NCBI RefSeq assembly: GCF_009914755.1
Contig: NC_060927.1
Length of the DNA: 64,000 nt
Source: the human T2T-CHM13v2.0 reference genome, Homo sapiens
Strand: one strand, 5' to 3'
Below, piece by piece: positions 39,693 through 54,107 of this stretch (positions within the stretch are counted from its first letter, which is position 1; the number at the start of each line of letters is the position of its first letter). Made by a program: the position numbers and the translations under genes. The notes below the pieces were generated by a model. The model was not told the DNA's origin. It worked only from the letters and a program-made list of their open reading frames with translations, and made no database searches.

Positions 39693-39992
39693 GGGTCCCT
39701 ATGCATACACCCTTGGGGATAACTCCCAACCAGCTTCTCAGAGTGCTGCTCTCTGCCTGCTTCTGGGACAGCAGCGGTGGTTGTCTGTGGTGGAAGAAGG
39801 GAGGACAAAGGAAACCCACATTTACTAAGTTTTTTTATCAGAGAGGCATCTGCCTGCCATGTGCCCGGCCTCCATTTGAGCATTGAGATGAGAATGAGCA
39901 CGCTCTATACCCTAGGCCCCTCGGGAATTCCGAGTCTTGGGGAGGATGGGGGGCAGCCTACTTGTCTACTTAGTGACAGTCATTGACTGCAT

Positions 39993-40130
39993 CCCAGGTG
40001 TGAAGCTCTGAGTCCCAGGTTTGATGTTCTGAGAGTCCCACGTGTGATGTTCTGAGTCCTGGCAGTGTTGTTCTGTGTTCCAGGCATGTTGTTCTGCAGG
40101 CCAGGTGTGTTGCTCTGTCAGCTAGGTGTC
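39993..40130. repeat. Short degenerate minisatellite, ~21-23 bp period, ~6 units
   Basis: Recurring CCAGGTGTG(A/T)TG(T/C)TCTG-like units. Confidence 0.6.
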
Positions 40131-40489
40131 ACTCTTTTTTATTAATGAGGAAACTAAGGCTCAGAGGAACCAAATGCTTTGCCTGAGCTCTTGTGGCTGG
40201 GAAATGGTGGGGTAAGGGGCCGGACCCAAACCTGAATGAGCTCGAGGCTTGTGCCTGGGGGAACTATGGGCATGTATGCAAATGATGGGTGCGGTTATCT
40301 CACTCTTTTCACCCCAGCCTGTTGAGAGGAGGTCTGGGGACCCCTGAAGTCCCTTGGACCTGTCTAGGTGGAAGCAGTGGGGGTGGGGGCCAGGCAAGGC
40401 CACTGGCTGGGGAAAGTTCTTTTAAGGATGTCATCTGAGGTCTTGGGAGTCTCCTGGGGGCTTCTCTTCTATAAGTCTCCTTTTCCTTC

Positions 40490-40632
40490 TTTCTTTTTTC
40501 TTTCTTATTTTCAGTAGAGACAAGGTCTCACTTTGTTGCCCAGGCTGGTCTCAAACTCCTGGCCTCAAGTGATTCTTCCCTTTCAGCCCCCTAAAGTGTT
40601 GGGATTACAGGCATGAGGCACTGCGCCTGGCC
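40490..40632 (-). mobile_element. Alu left monomer (FLAM/AluJ-like)
   Basis: GTAGAGACAAGGTCTCACTTTGTTGCCCAGG...CTGCGCCTGGCC. Confidence 0.85.
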
Positions 40633-42034
40633 AATCGGTCTTTTTCTTGCTGTTATCTCTGCTATTCATACCCTCTACAGAGTCACGCAGATATACACAC
40701 ACACACATCTACCCACTCCATGCACTTAGATATATTATTCACACACACATAAACCACATGCTTACATTGACATTCACAGTGTCACAATGAAATACACACC
40801 CACACACTGGTAATCTTGCATACACACTCACACACCCTCACACACTTGCATAGCCATAGAGCAGCTGCAGAGGTGCTGCCTGGGCTCTGAAGCAGAGGTG
40901 TTTGATGGAGTACGGGGGCTGGAGCCAGGCTCAAGCTGTGCCCAGACTATGGTGGGGGCTGCGGTCATGCTGCCTGGGTGCCTGGGGCCAGCGGAGGTGG
41001 AGGCTGCAGGCAGTTTGAGGGCTGGAGGCTGTAACGGCCAGTGAATGGGACATTTGGATGTCTGTGCCTGTGCTGGAAGGAGAGTGAGTGGGACACACAG
41101 GGTTCTTTCTCAAGGACAGAGTGGCTCTGTTGTCTGTCCACATAGAGGCTCAGTGTATGCCTCCTGGGGGACCTGGACCCCAGCTCAGGGACTGGCTGCT
41201 GGCAGGGTTGCTTCCTGGATAGCACGGGTGCTCATTCCCAGCCTCCCGGCAAGCCTGGCCAGTCTGCAGGCTCTGGACCTAGTTGGCTTTTACAGTTACT
41301 TACCACATTCTGGCCCCCCACCCCCACCCCTCTGCCCAAGATCCTGTTACAACTACAAAGATGCTATTGTATTCCTTTCTTTCAGAACATTCTCCCCTGA
41401 AACTCTAGTTAAAATCCCCTCATCTCCCTTTAGGCTGACTGGGCAGGGATGCCTTGTGTAGTCACTTCGCTGGGAGTCTGGAGAGGCTCCTGGCTCCTGG
41501 TTCACACTCACTTCCCTCCCTGGCGGTGGCTGAGTTTAGACTGTAATTGTCGTAATATCTTACTCGGTGTGGTTTTAAAGCATGAAGGGTTCAGAGGGTG
41601 AGTTGTAATCAGAACTGAATTCAAACCCTGCTCACCACCTTGGGCATTTCAGTGAACCTTTAACCTCTTAGCCTCAGTTTCCCTTGGCAATACCAGGGCC
41701 TCCTTGTGGGAATGTATGCTCAATGCTTTAATGAGCATAAGGCACCTTGCGTAACAGTCAGCACATAGTCAGTGCTCAGTTAATGGGGGCTGTGATTACA
41801 TTCTCCTTGGACAACAGACAGGCCTGGAGGCATAGCAAGGCCTGGGCTTCTAGAACTGTCAGGAGGATCCTTCAGTGCAACAAAAGGATTAGGAGTGGGG
41901 GATACCTTAGACTCTGGCTCCCCTCAGAAGGAGTTTGGGATGTATGCCAAAGAGGGGCTGCCTTTGCCTCATCCCTGGGGATCCATCCCTATGACGGTGA
42001 ACTGGAAACAGAGGAAGGGGAAAGGGACGCCTAG

Positions 42035-42955
42035 TTCAAGAGTTGTTGATCTGGGGTCCAAGCATGTGATAAAAACTTCAGCCGAATTAAATTTAAAAGG
42101 GTTTAATTGAGCAATGAATGATTCGCAAATCGGGCAGCTGCCAGAATCACAGCAGATTCACAAAGACTCCAGGGGTGCCTCGTGGTCAGAACAAATTTAT
42201 AGACAAAAAAGGTAAAGTGACGTACAGGAATCGGAAGTAGGTACAGAAACAGTGAGATTGGTTACAGCTTGGCGTTTGCCTTATTTGAGCAGTTTGAACA
42301 TTCAGCAGTCTATGAGTGGTTGAAGTATGGCCGCTGGGATTGGCGAACACTCAGCCATTGTTACTGCCGCATACTATTAAGTTAGGTTTTTAATTTTGTC
42401 TGACTATTAAGCTAGGTTACAGTTCATCCACAAGGACTCAAATATAGAAGTACGGAGTCCTTCTCAGGCCATATTTAGTTTGCTTTAACACATGGAATTC
42501 AGGGGAGCACTAGGTTAAAGAAAGTTACATCTTTATTTTCACTCATCTCTAACTGGAATTCATTGTTTCTTCAATAATGAATGTAGGCACCAGCCACAGT
42601 AGTGTTGGCAGGACCTGTGACTTTGTCACCAAGAGAAGTCACAGATATTTTATGTAATGACAGTAGAAGCAGACACTTTGAAATGTAGTTTTTATTCATC
42701 ACTGCTTTGAAAGTGCATTTGTTATTAGGTATACTGATAGATATTGGTTTTTAATGTGTTAATAAAGAAGCACGTGTAGGATTATATCACACGTTTGTTT
42801 TTTAGAAGATCTGGATAATTATTTCAATGTAATTGATTATCTTGGTAACCCTGTATTTTTCATTTTATACAATAAAAAACGCATCTTGAGAAGGATCTTC
42901 AGCTTCACCAGGTGGCCAGAAGGGTCTTTGGTGTTAAAAAGATTCAGAACCCCTG
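42035..42955. mobile_element. hAT-Charlie non-autonomous element (MER119-like) split by a MER57 LTR
   Basis: CTGGGGTCC...[LTR]...GAATTCAGGGG; GGACCTGTGACTTTGTCACC; ends AGAACCCCTG. Confidence 0.55.
42067..42490 (-). mobile_element. Solo MER57 LTR (ERV1)
   Basis: GTTTAATTGAGCAATGAATGATTCGCAAATCGGGCAG...GGCCATATTTAGTTTGCTTTAACA; TSD CATG at 42063-42066 and 42491-42494. Confidence 0.82.
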
Positions 42956-44205
42956 CTTCTGTGTAGATATTCATCAATGTGATCTGTGTCTGGGGGAGTG
43001 ACAGAAGCCCCCTTTGCCTAAAAGCATCTTTCCCCAGCCTCTACTCCACGGCCATTAAAAAATAATCTTTTAAAAAATTAAAACCTGATGTGTGCCAGGC
43101 ACTGTGCTGGGTGTTGGAAGATAATTTCCCCTCAGTAATAATAACATATTGTATTTACAACATATTGTATTATGTCATTGTAGCATAACAACACAATAAC
43201 AACAATGCCCAAAGCATTGGACTTTGTAGCTGTCTCATTCATTATCTCCCGGAATCCTCATCCTTTCAATGTTAAGACTATTGTATGAGACCCATTTTAG
43301 AGATCCATAAATAAAGGTTCAGTGAATCTGAGTCATGGCCAAGTCATGCAGTTCATAAATATGAAGGACTCCCAGGTGGGCCCTCCAGCCACAAATGTGA
43401 TGCTTTTTCCACTCAATCAACCTGAAAATTCTCACACTTGGACTTAGCCCTTGCATTTTGATATCTAGTCTTTGGAAATTTTTTGCTAAAAATAAATATC
43501 CTTGGAAATTAGTTTGTTGCATCAAGCATGGTCCCAGGGTCTGGGTCTCAGGGGCATCTTGTATAGATAGAGGAGAAGAAAGGGCAATACTAGAGAAGGG
43601 GCCCTGGGAGGGAACTAGGTCTGGATTTGGGGAGGCCTGGGCAGAGGACAACACCAGGGGAGGCATGGAGGCAGGAGCCGGGCCTAGGGGGATGGGGAAG
43701 GCCAATGCTGGGGAGGAAGCACTGATAGGGAGGGCAAGCTCTGAAGACCAATTTGACTGTCTTTGTGTATTTTGCTTGGGGAGCCTCCAAGACACATGCA
43801 TGGAGGCTCAGCCTCAGTCTTCTAAGCAGCATCTCCATGAGAGGGCTGAGGGAACTTCCATTTCTGGAGGCCTCCGATGCAGTTTTCTGCTTGGGACTGG
43901 GCTGAGAGGGCATTCGGTAGACAAGCAGAACATTTTCTTTGTGCCATGGACACAGAGACCTGTTCCTCTTCTCTGAATCCAAGAGGGTCCATCAGACACT
44001 GCCAGGCACTTCTCTTGTCTTTGACTGAGACTTGTCTTGTCTCAGAAACTTGTTAATTAGGCTTTCTCCCTAATTCTTGGAAGGCAGCAGCCCCGATGCA
44101 TATCATTTCCCCCGACAGCATCCACCACAGTGTAGATGTGGAGGATGTGGGCAACAGATGTTTCGATTGGTTGTTAGCCTCCTACATCTTATATTCAAAT
44201 ATCTC

Positions 44206-44405
44206 CAGAGTTGTCCAACAGAACTTTCTGAGATGATGGAAATGTTCTATCCTGTGCTGTCCAACATAGTAGCCACTACTTGCAGGTGGCAATTGAACAC
44301 CTGAAATGTGACCAGTACAACCAGGAATGGAAACCTTTAAATTTTAATTAATTCAAATGTAAATAGTCACATGTGGCTAGTGGCTCTCATATTGGACATT
44401 GTAGC
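44206..44405. mobile_element. MER3 (hAT-Charlie MITE)
   Basis: TGTCCAACAGAACTTTCTGAGATGATGGAAATGTTCTAT...GTGGCTAGTGGCT...ATTGGACA. Confidence 0.8.
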
Positions 44406-47065
44406 CCTGGACCAAGAGATATAAATTGAAGTGCAGATGGAGGCCAGGCTGCTAGCATAAGTGAAGGAAGTGGGCTGGGTGTAACGAAAACAAATCCGCC
44501 TATGTTTCGTTTCTTCAGGTTTACTTGAGCTGTAGTCAGAGAAGTGTTCATCTTCTATAAGAAAAACAATAAGGCAAATGAGATGCCAAAGGCAACTGTC
44601 CTTCTTCCTTGGTTTTGGGAGACAATAGGGAGTAGTGAGGCCTGTGGTGAACTTCAGGGAGCATGTCATTGAGAGAGAGTGTCATACTCTACGCCAACCA
44701 TGTAGGGACCTGGGCCCAAAGTATAACTAGAACTTCCCCTTTTTCAAGGGAAGCCGGAAATCTGAATTTTTATGTGAAATATCCTGGATTTTAAATATTG
44801 GTTCAAATTTATTTAAAACACTACAAGCCAAACAAAACACATCTGCAGGCCAGATTTGGCCTGTGGGTCCCGGTTTATAAACTCTCCTCTAGGTCTAATC
44901 CTGTATGAATCTCTACCACCTCCTGGAGACTGGGGTGGATGTCCGGTGAAGAGCGAGGTGGATTCTGTCCTGAAGTGTTCCTAATTGGCTCGGCCTCCCC
45001 TGTTGTCATGTGTTTGGTCAAAAGAGAGGAGACATGCACAGGGAAGGCACAGACCTGCTCCCCTCCCCTTCTTCTCTGAGGTTGCATCTTGGCCTCTGAG
45101 CAGCCAGGGAGCAGAAATCTCTGGAAGGTTGGAAAGGTATAGCCCAGAAAGAAACTTACTTTATTTTTCAGCAGCAATCCCCACCCCCTCTTGATCCCAG
45201 CCCCACTCCCAGATCTGAGAGCAAAATGTGTGGCTGTTAATACAAAGGCAGCCAGAGAAAATTTCCAACAAATGACAGGGTCTCCAAAATTCCATCTGGC
45301 CTGTGGTGTTCCCACACTGGCACTCTTGTGAGCTGGAACAAAATGCTAATTCAGCTGTGGATGTGGAGAGGGCTCCTGGGGCTAGCAGGGCTGCAAAGCC
45401 CCAACGTATAATCAACGTGGAGACTGGACCAGGGCAACCAGCAAACGGGGACATAAGAGACACTCCGTTGACATTCCTGCCTATGGGGCTCTTGCTCTCA
45501 GCACAGTGCCAGGATCCCTGCCATGGAGTTGATCCCATGGGCGTTGCTAGGAAATTACCATCATGGTAATAGCAACAATCCTAATGACAGCTAACATTGA
45601 CTGAACTTAACTTTGCATTAGGCTCTGTTTTGAATGCTTTATCTACAACACCTCATGTAACTCTCATAGTGTTTAGTAGAGTGATTTTATTTTTATGATG
45701 GACAGGTCACATTCTTTTCCCATCAGAATGTTACCACCATAAGAGGGCTTTTGTCTCTTTTGTTCATGATGTTTCTCTTCTGCCTGGAGCAGTGCTTGGC
45801 TCAGGAAATACCTACTTAATGAACTAATGAATGGACCACCCTATGAAGGAGGTACTAGGTACTATTATGACCCCCATTGTACAGATGAGGAAATCAAGGC
45901 CCAAGGTCACACAGCAAGAACACAGCGGATTTGAGATCAATGCCCACAGTGGAGTTGGGATCAATAGCCCATGTGTTATTTGCAGCTATGCTAGGCTGGT
46001 GATGGCAGGAAGCCATGGGGACCTGGCCATCTCCCCTCTAGGCCCAGAGATGAAACTTGTCAAATAGTTTGGGAACTGGAGAAAGGTCATGGTCCTGTGG
46101 TCAGGGACTGAGGGGTGTTCCCTGTGACCATTTGGGTGTAGGATACTCAGTTCCTGGCTCAGCCTGTGCCCCGTGGGCTGTAGGTCATCTACACTGAGCC
46201 TCAGGACTTGTGGTCTCCTTGGAGAATGTGCACAAACTCTGAGAGGCCATTTGTCTTTCTGATGACAAGTAGGTCACTCTGTCCCTGGAGCAGAGAGCTG
46301 GCAGCTGCATGTGCTAAGGGCCCTGTGCAGAACTGCACATCCCACACTCCCTTCATAGGCCGAGCAGTTTCAGAGCTGAGGCTGGAACCTGGGCTGGAAT
46401 CATGTCCAGGCCGAGGGGCCCTGTGATGAGCAACCCCACCAGCCAGTGTTCCTCATTTGGGACAGGAGATGAATAATTTTTTCTTCCTGCCCACCCTCTA
46501 CCCTCTGCTACCTGCACCTTGGGTGACTCTGCAACTCCCTTTCAGAGAGTCAGAGGAACATAGTTTTGTGTGTGAAGTGTCTGGGGTTGAGTTGCTGGGT
46601 CTGAGGGTGAGAAGGCCCTCAATAAGTCTTGCTGATCTCACCTCTGGCCTCTGCTCCCTGCTCTTCGGAGCTCCCTTTTGGCCTGACTTTCCATGTTTCA
46701 AGTGTGAGGTATTACATGTTCAAGCTACTACTTTCACACGCATGAGAGAGAGACAGAGAGAGGGGGGGGGGATCTGGGATCCTTAGAAATGGGGATAATC
46801 ATATTCGGATTGGAAAACAACACATGCCCATTCTTTTTCAAAGGTGTATCTCCCAGGGGCCTCTCCTCCATGGGCTGTTCTGGCCCTCACTGGGTGCAGA
46901 TTCTTCCCTCCTCAGCTGCACCTGGAATAACAGCTGCACAATGGAGGAGTTCTCCTCTTCTTCCCCCTCATAGCTTATGTTTATTGAGCATCTATTGCGG
47001 GTCTAGAATAATTGTAAGCATTTGACAGTTATCTCATTTAATTAGCATAATGGGCCTATAAGGTT

Positions 47066-47430
47066 GTGTCTTAGGTTGGCTTCCTCCAGAAGGAGACCTT
47101 GAGACCAGGATTCCAGTGCAAACAGTTTATCTGGAAGACATCACCAGAAGACAGCAGTACGGAGGGAGGAAGTGAGACAGGGAAGGCAGCCAGTGCAGGG
47201 TGCATGAGAGGGCAGGTTCCTGCTGGGGACTTCTGGGGCTCGGTCCTGCTGGGAACTTCTGGGAGGCCGTGAGGAACATGTCACTCCTAGGAGTTGTCCT
47301 CCCCTACAGGTAAAGAGGATGGAGTCTTTATTTGCCAATTCCTGTCTGCCATAGGTTGAGGGCTGCTCCTGGGGGTATTAGCGTCCCAGCAGGCACACTG
47401 CTGCTGACCACTTCTGAAGTCCTTTAGGTG
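47066..47430 (-). mobile_element. Old ERVL LTR (LTR16-like)
   Basis: TGTCTTAGGTTGGCTTCCTCCAGAAGGAGACCTTGAGACCAGGATT...AGTTTAT. Confidence 0.55.
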
Positions 47431-48979
47431 GTCTGGGACATCGCCTCACTGTCCACTGTATGGAGGACACTGATTGTGATGAGTTCCAACACTGCAGAAG
47501 ACGCAGCCGGGAGAACTCCTAATGGAAGGGTTCTCCACCCAAGAGCTGGTTGGATGAAGGGTCAGCTTTTGTGGAATATTCTGGGGGCCTCATATCCGAG
47601 AACCAGGAGAGGCTGAAGAAGAGGTGGTGGGGGCAGGGCAAGCGATGCAGACGCACTCGGGACTGGACCACCTGACAGAGTTCATGGCTGGTGGGTGTGT
47701 CTAGGGCAGACCTGGAGCTCAGCTACTTAGCCCAGTTTGCCCTTTGCTGTAGCTTGTTCTTAGCGGGGTAATGCTAATAATGGGAGCGACCACCTTTTGA
47801 ACAGTTATTATGTCCCTGCGACTTTTATAGAATTATATACACATTAACTCATTAAACACTCATATCAACCCTAGGAGGCGGGTGCTAAACCTTCCACCAT
47901 TTTAGAAATGAGTGAAGAGCTAGGACACCCAGGACAGGTGTCTCAGCAGGAGTGTGCGGTAGGCAGGGGAGGGGGTCTCTGTCTCTGCCTCCTGCTATGA
48001 CAGACGGCCCTGTGTGGGTGGCCCTCTCCTCCTGGTGGCTCTTCCTCCCACCTGCTTACTCCCGCTCCCTGTGACCTTAGGTGCTAACCTGGGGTTTTCT
48101 GGTGCCAGTTCACCTGATATCACTTCTCTGGTTATAGCTGGTTCTGACTTGTTCCTCCGTGGCTACTAGTGATGCCTAGATTTGGGTGGAGGGACCCTCT
48201 AATCAGTGTCAGCTTCCCTAGGATTCACAGCGTGAGAAAAGCCTCTTTGTTTCTTACTGCCACAACTACGTCATTTTATCTATTGGCTTTTGGACTTTTT
48301 TTTTTTAACCTAATATGTGTGTGCGTGTGTGTGTACACGTGTACATATCAGTGTGTATAGCTGAAATTAAAGTCTCATGAAATAACATACCCTTATGACT
48401 TATTTTTTTCCTCTCTTCTTTTTCTCTTTTCCTTTTCTTTCCCTTGTACTAATGGGTTCCAATCACAGTGTGACAATCTGATTGAACTACTCTCTCATTT
48501 TGATGGAACTGTCCCCCTTCTTGAACTTGGTTGAGGTTGGTGGGAATGAAGCCAATTTGGAAGGCAATGCGTGCATTGTTGCATTTCCAAATCACCACTC
48601 CTCCCTGCCAATATATTCTCCACATTCTGGACGGAGCTGGTGCATACTGGTGCTTCTCCTCCACAGGCAGGCACCTTCCACATGCAGCAAACCCCAGGGT
48701 GAAGGTGCCCAGCAACCTCTGTCCTGGGTCTAGCTGTCAACCCCAAGCCTGCCTCCCTGCTGTTTCTCCCAGGGCAGGGCTGTGGGGAGGAGAGGAGCTT
48801 GTCTACTGGGGCTTCAGTGGCTGGCTCTCTCGCAGCCCACCCTGATGTACTCAGATTCCTGAGGTGGGCATGCTGGGCCTGGCCTTCTTGGCCCCCCTTG
48901 TTGCCCAGGGACTCCTACAGTAGAAAGGCATCTTAAAGAGGTCATGCCGCCAATCTCTGCAGCAGCCAGTATAGGGGTT

Positions 48980-49455
48980 GTGTTCATTTCCCATTGTTGC
49001 TGTAACAAATTGACGCACATCGAGTGGCTCAAAACAACACAAATTTGTTCTCTATAGCTCTGGTCAGAAGTCCAAAACAAGTTTCACTGGACTAAACTCA
49101 AGTTGTCAGAAGGGCTGGTTTTCTTTGGAGGTTCTAGGGGAGAATCCTTTTTCTTGCCTTTTCTGGCTTCTAGCAGCTGCCTGTGTTACTAGCTTGTGCC
49201 AGGAATTCCTCTATCTTCAGAGACCATCATTCTAGTCTCCGCTTTCATCATCACTTTGCTGTCCCCTCTTCTGTATTCATTTTTCCCTCCACTTGCCTCT
49301 AATACGGACACTTGTGATCACATTTAGAATCCACCCAGCTAATCTAAGACAGTCTCTTCCTCTCAAGAACCTTAACTTTATCACATATGCAAAGGTCCCA
49401 GGTCCCAGAGATTAGGGCCTGGACGTCTTTGGAGTCAGTATTCAGTTTACTACAG
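48980..49455 (-). mobile_element. MLT1 LTR
   Basis: TTGCTGTAACAAATT...GGTCAGAAGTCC...GGAGGTTCTAGGGGAGAATCC...TATTCAGTTTACTACA. Confidence 0.78.
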
Positions 49456-51859
49456 GGGTTGTCCAGGCTCTGTCTTGAGGACCACGTGTTCTTACCCATC
49501 ATCAGTTGGCCCAGTCCTGTGAGAGCGGTCAGGCTGGAGCTGCGTGCTCCTGGGGCCGAGTGTCCAATGCTTTCTGACTCCCATCTACCAAAACAAGAAA
49601 AATCAGTAGTTACTAGATATTTAACAAGTAACTGCTGTGTTCTACCACTTCCAGAGTTAGGGTTTTGCTCTTCAGTCAGATTCCTCTTGGAGTTTGTGGA
49701 CAGACAGCCACAGAGTCTCAAAAGCAGAAGGAGATCGCATAAACATCTCCTTTGGCCCCTGGGCCAAATCAGCAAGATTCTCCAGGCTTGGCCCTTGATG
49801 CTAAAGAGAGAGATGAAGGAATCTAGGAAATCTTCTCTCAAGACAGCAGCCATGCCTACAAGACCATGCATTTCCATATAATTCTATTTCACACATCAGA
49901 AGGCGAACATTCCCTTGGCCGACATTGCATATTATCTTTGTTACATTCCTCTGTCACATTTCCCAGTAGATGAATAAGATCAAGCTTAGGTTCTCAGAAA
50001 AGCAAACAGGAAAATCACATTAATACTTTGTAAAGAATATCCTTCTCACTTTAGTTGTTGTAGAGTGCTGCTCCCAAGAAATTAACTGTACAGTCATTCA
50101 ACACACGGATGAGGTGATGGACCATTTCATTGTAGTTGTATTTTGGGGCAAAGTGGGGCACGGAGGACAGTGAAGACTAATTTCTGTTGCTTGCTAGTTT
50201 TGTCTTTGAAAATCTGGCCCTGGACTCATTTCCTCAATTAAATTTTACATTTTCATGAAGACAAGAAAAATTTTGTTCTTTTGAGACCCTATGGCACCAT
50301 CATGAACTGGTGGAGATGCCTGGGTGCCTGTCACAGAAAGGAAGAGGGGGTTGAGTCCACATTTTCCTAGGAGGAGAGCTCTCTCCTTGGCTTCTCTTCC
50401 CCTCCTCCACCCCTGCCCCTCCCTGTCCACCAGACACATCATTCCAGATGCCTCAGTGTTGGGAACACCCAGTGCCAGATCTTCACCTTGGCAGAACCCT
50501 GAGCAGGGCGCAGACATTGTGGGCCTAGTCCAGAAAGCCGACCCCGGGTCATATGCTGTAAGAAGTTCCACGTCATGACACAAGGGAAGGAGCGAAACCC
50601 TTCCAGCTGCTGCTTTTCTTGGTGGAACTTGATGATATGCAGTCCGGGAAAGCGATCATTCCTTCTAACACTGGATACAGCTAAATCCAAACAGCACGTG
50701 GCCACATCTAGCCTGCAATGGACTTGGCCTGGCCAGAGCAGGGCAGGAAGCCAGAACAAAGAAAAGGAGCCAGATATTATGAAATATTGGTCTGTGCTCA
50801 GCAGGCTTATGCAGCCTCCAGCAAGTATGTGGACAAGAATGCAGAGCTTGCCTATTTGTTTGTGAACATGAAGCTGCAGACAGGGAGCTGAGGGGAAATA
50901 TTGATTAATTTGATTCCCTTTCAAAAGAGGAGAGCTGTAATCCAAGATGAGGGGCTATGGCTACTTACTTCCAGGGACACTATTTTTCCAGGAGCCTCAG
51001 TGAGACATGAGAGGAGGTGAGGAAGGTAAAGGTGAAGGTGGGGATAGGTGGGCCCCTGCGGATGTAATTAGACTGCTGGCACTGGGGGCCTCTGGAGGCA
51101 GTCAAGTTTGCTTTGGAGGAAGAATTTCTGAGGGGTAGGGAGGCTTCCTGTGAGGTGGGTCCTTGCCTCACCCCTTCCCCTTCTCCTGCAGGCTCCAGGG
51201 GTCTGACCGGGCTGCCTGTCTCTCTTCAACCACCCTCTTTCCCACCCGCAGTTGTGGCTCCTCAAGGCTTGCTGGGCACCCTGCCCTTTCTACTGTCACG
51301 TATGCTCTCCCTTCCCTTTGGGATGCTTTTTATTACTAAAAGCTACACAGCATAGAAAGCTTGCTGATTGGAAATCAGCTTACTATTCTGGTGTTAATCA
51401 TTACTGGTCTCCTTTTAAATATGAGTGGAGCCAGGTAGGTCCGCATTCAAACATTCGTCTTCCCAGAATCCTCCTTGTCAGATGGTCTAGTTTGTTTCTC
51501 AAGACAAACCGACAGTCGCAGAGGCTGAGTACGTGACATAATTTTCCAACTCTGCGGTTTTATTTTGTTGAGACAAAAGACTCAGCATGTGTCCTAAGGC
51601 TGGAGGAAAAACTGATGGCATATCAATTTCTTTCTTAAGGGATTTTCAAGGGTAATTCTGATCTGGACTTAATTTTTGCCTGATTTGCTGTATTCAGAAT
51701 CTGATCTCTCGTAAGTTGGGACTGTACTGTACCACAATTTTTATGCTTGCTTTTGTGTTTTTATTGGTCCAAGTGATCTACTGCTGTTTATCCTTTAGTA
51801 TAGCATTTCTCAAGCATTCTGTGGGCTCCTGGGGCTCCAAGGACCTCTGCCTTGGTTTA

Positions 51860-52165
51860 GAGCTGTGCTGTTCAATATTGCAGTCACCAGCCACATACTG
51901 AAATGTAGCTGGTCTGAATTGAGATGTGCTGTTTGTGTGAAATACACATTGGATATCAAAGATGTTACAAAAAAACTAAAATATCTCATTAATAGTTTTT
52001 ATATTGATAACATGTTGAACTGATAATATTTTTTATATATCAGGTTAAATAAAATATATTATTAAAATGAGTTTCAATTGTTTCTTTTTCTTTTTTTAAA
52101 AATGTGGCCACTAGAAACTTTGAAATTTCCTATGTGGTTCACATTGTATTTCTATTGGTTGGCTC
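51860..52165. mobile_element. MER33 (hAT-Charlie)
   Basis: CTGAATTGAGATGTGCTG...AAATACACA...AATGTGGCCACTAGAAA...TTTCTATTGG. Confidence 0.78.
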
Positions 52166-52473
52166 TGAGTGAGGAAAACATTGGTTTACAGCCATCTCAT
52201 TCTTCAGTTCTTTTATGCTTGAAAATCAAGCTCAACAATTCCCACCTTCCTTGTTTCCAGACCTTTTTCTCTGATTTTCATTTCTGAATGTTTGAGGATG
52301 ACAGGTGTTCATTATGCCTTAATTTTCTTATTCAAATGTGCCTGGACTCCATTTGATTAATTTATTTCTGCAGTGAATCTTTAGAGCATTGATCTCAATC
52401 TTGGTGATCCTCCTGACTTACACAGGAAAATAGCTACTTTACTTGGTCCCATAATCCCTTCAGATTATGTCTA

Positions 52474-52854
<381 letters not shown>

Positions 52855-54107
52855 TCAAACTCAAGTCACTCCCTGCCAGAGTCATCTGGCAGCAGAGTGG
52901 TAGCACACTGGTAGCAGAGTGAAGGCAGCCTGCTACCAGATAAAAGGTCTCAAAGTGGGGCTCAGCCACTTCAGTGGGTATACTAGACAATCCACCAGGT
53001 GCAGCAGGAAAATATCAGAACTGCTATTTACGTTTATTTTATCTAATTCTTTTATGATTTTAAATTTCTTGTCCATGTTTTATAATGAACATATTTATGT
53101 AGTATTACATGCTTCTAATTTGTAAATAGTGGAAAAAAATGGTTTGTAAATATTGGAAGGATGTGCTCAGATTTTTTACCAGTAAAGGTGTATGACCAAA
53201 AAGTTTTGGGACTACTGACCCAGAGAAGGTGATTTTGCCCCCTAGTGATAATTGAATCCCACTACTGTATCAGTGACTCTTTTGAATATATGCATTTCAT
53301 TCATTTATTTATTCATTCATTCATTCGTTTAGGATCTATGAGGGTGTCGTTGTTTTGGTAACATTTACCTGCTCTCTGAGAGCCTGGATTCTAACTGTTA
53401 TTTTCCTGCCTGCCTCATGGTTGGAGAACTTTGGCAGGCTTCAGGTGTTTGGGAGTGGCAGAATGAGTGAGGAAGGCCTTTTTTCTTAGACTTCCCAAGA
53501 TGAGTTTTTAGTATTTAGCATGTCTTCAATGGGGAGAGATGTCTGGGTCAGGCCATGGAAAATAAAACCAGTTGACTTCAGGTGAAAGCTATTTCATTGG
53601 CCAAGGAGACGTTTAGCTGCTCAGAGCGAAGGCTAATGAATGACTTCTCACCTAGCAGTTGAGACTGCAGATGTCAGATCTTGCCAATACTTCCCCCAGG
53701 TTAACTAGGGGATGACTAGGTTAACTGATCAGCTGTTTTATTGTTTAAGACACAAAACATAAACTAGCTTATGAGTGATCGTCACACAAGAGCCTACACC
53801 CACCCACCCTCTTCTCAGTAGAAGATGACTCACTGGATAGCTCAACCACAGCTTCTTTGGAGTTCCTTTTCATCATTTATCAAAAATGAGGGTGGAAAAC
53901 TGGAACAGTGCTTCCCAAACTGTTCTCAGTTTTGACCATTATTTATTCACTCCCCTCTATGGAAGATGAGGATTTGGGCCTTTCACCACGTTTCCCCATC
54001 TCCAGTACAGACACATTATTCTCATCCATCCATTCCCCCAATATAATTAGGTAATAATTTTGGTGAGATCAGTGTTTACATTATGACTACTTAAAACCTA
54101 CTCACAG

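Noticed and set aside
43319-43999. Overlapping 130-172 aa ORFs on both strands
   Set aside because: No recognisable domain or convincing splice context; expected by chance in GC-richer sequence.
49344-49881. Antiparallel 177-aa and 164-aa ORFs
   Set aside because: They overlap an MLT1 LTR end, have no recognisable protein features and no supporting exon structure.
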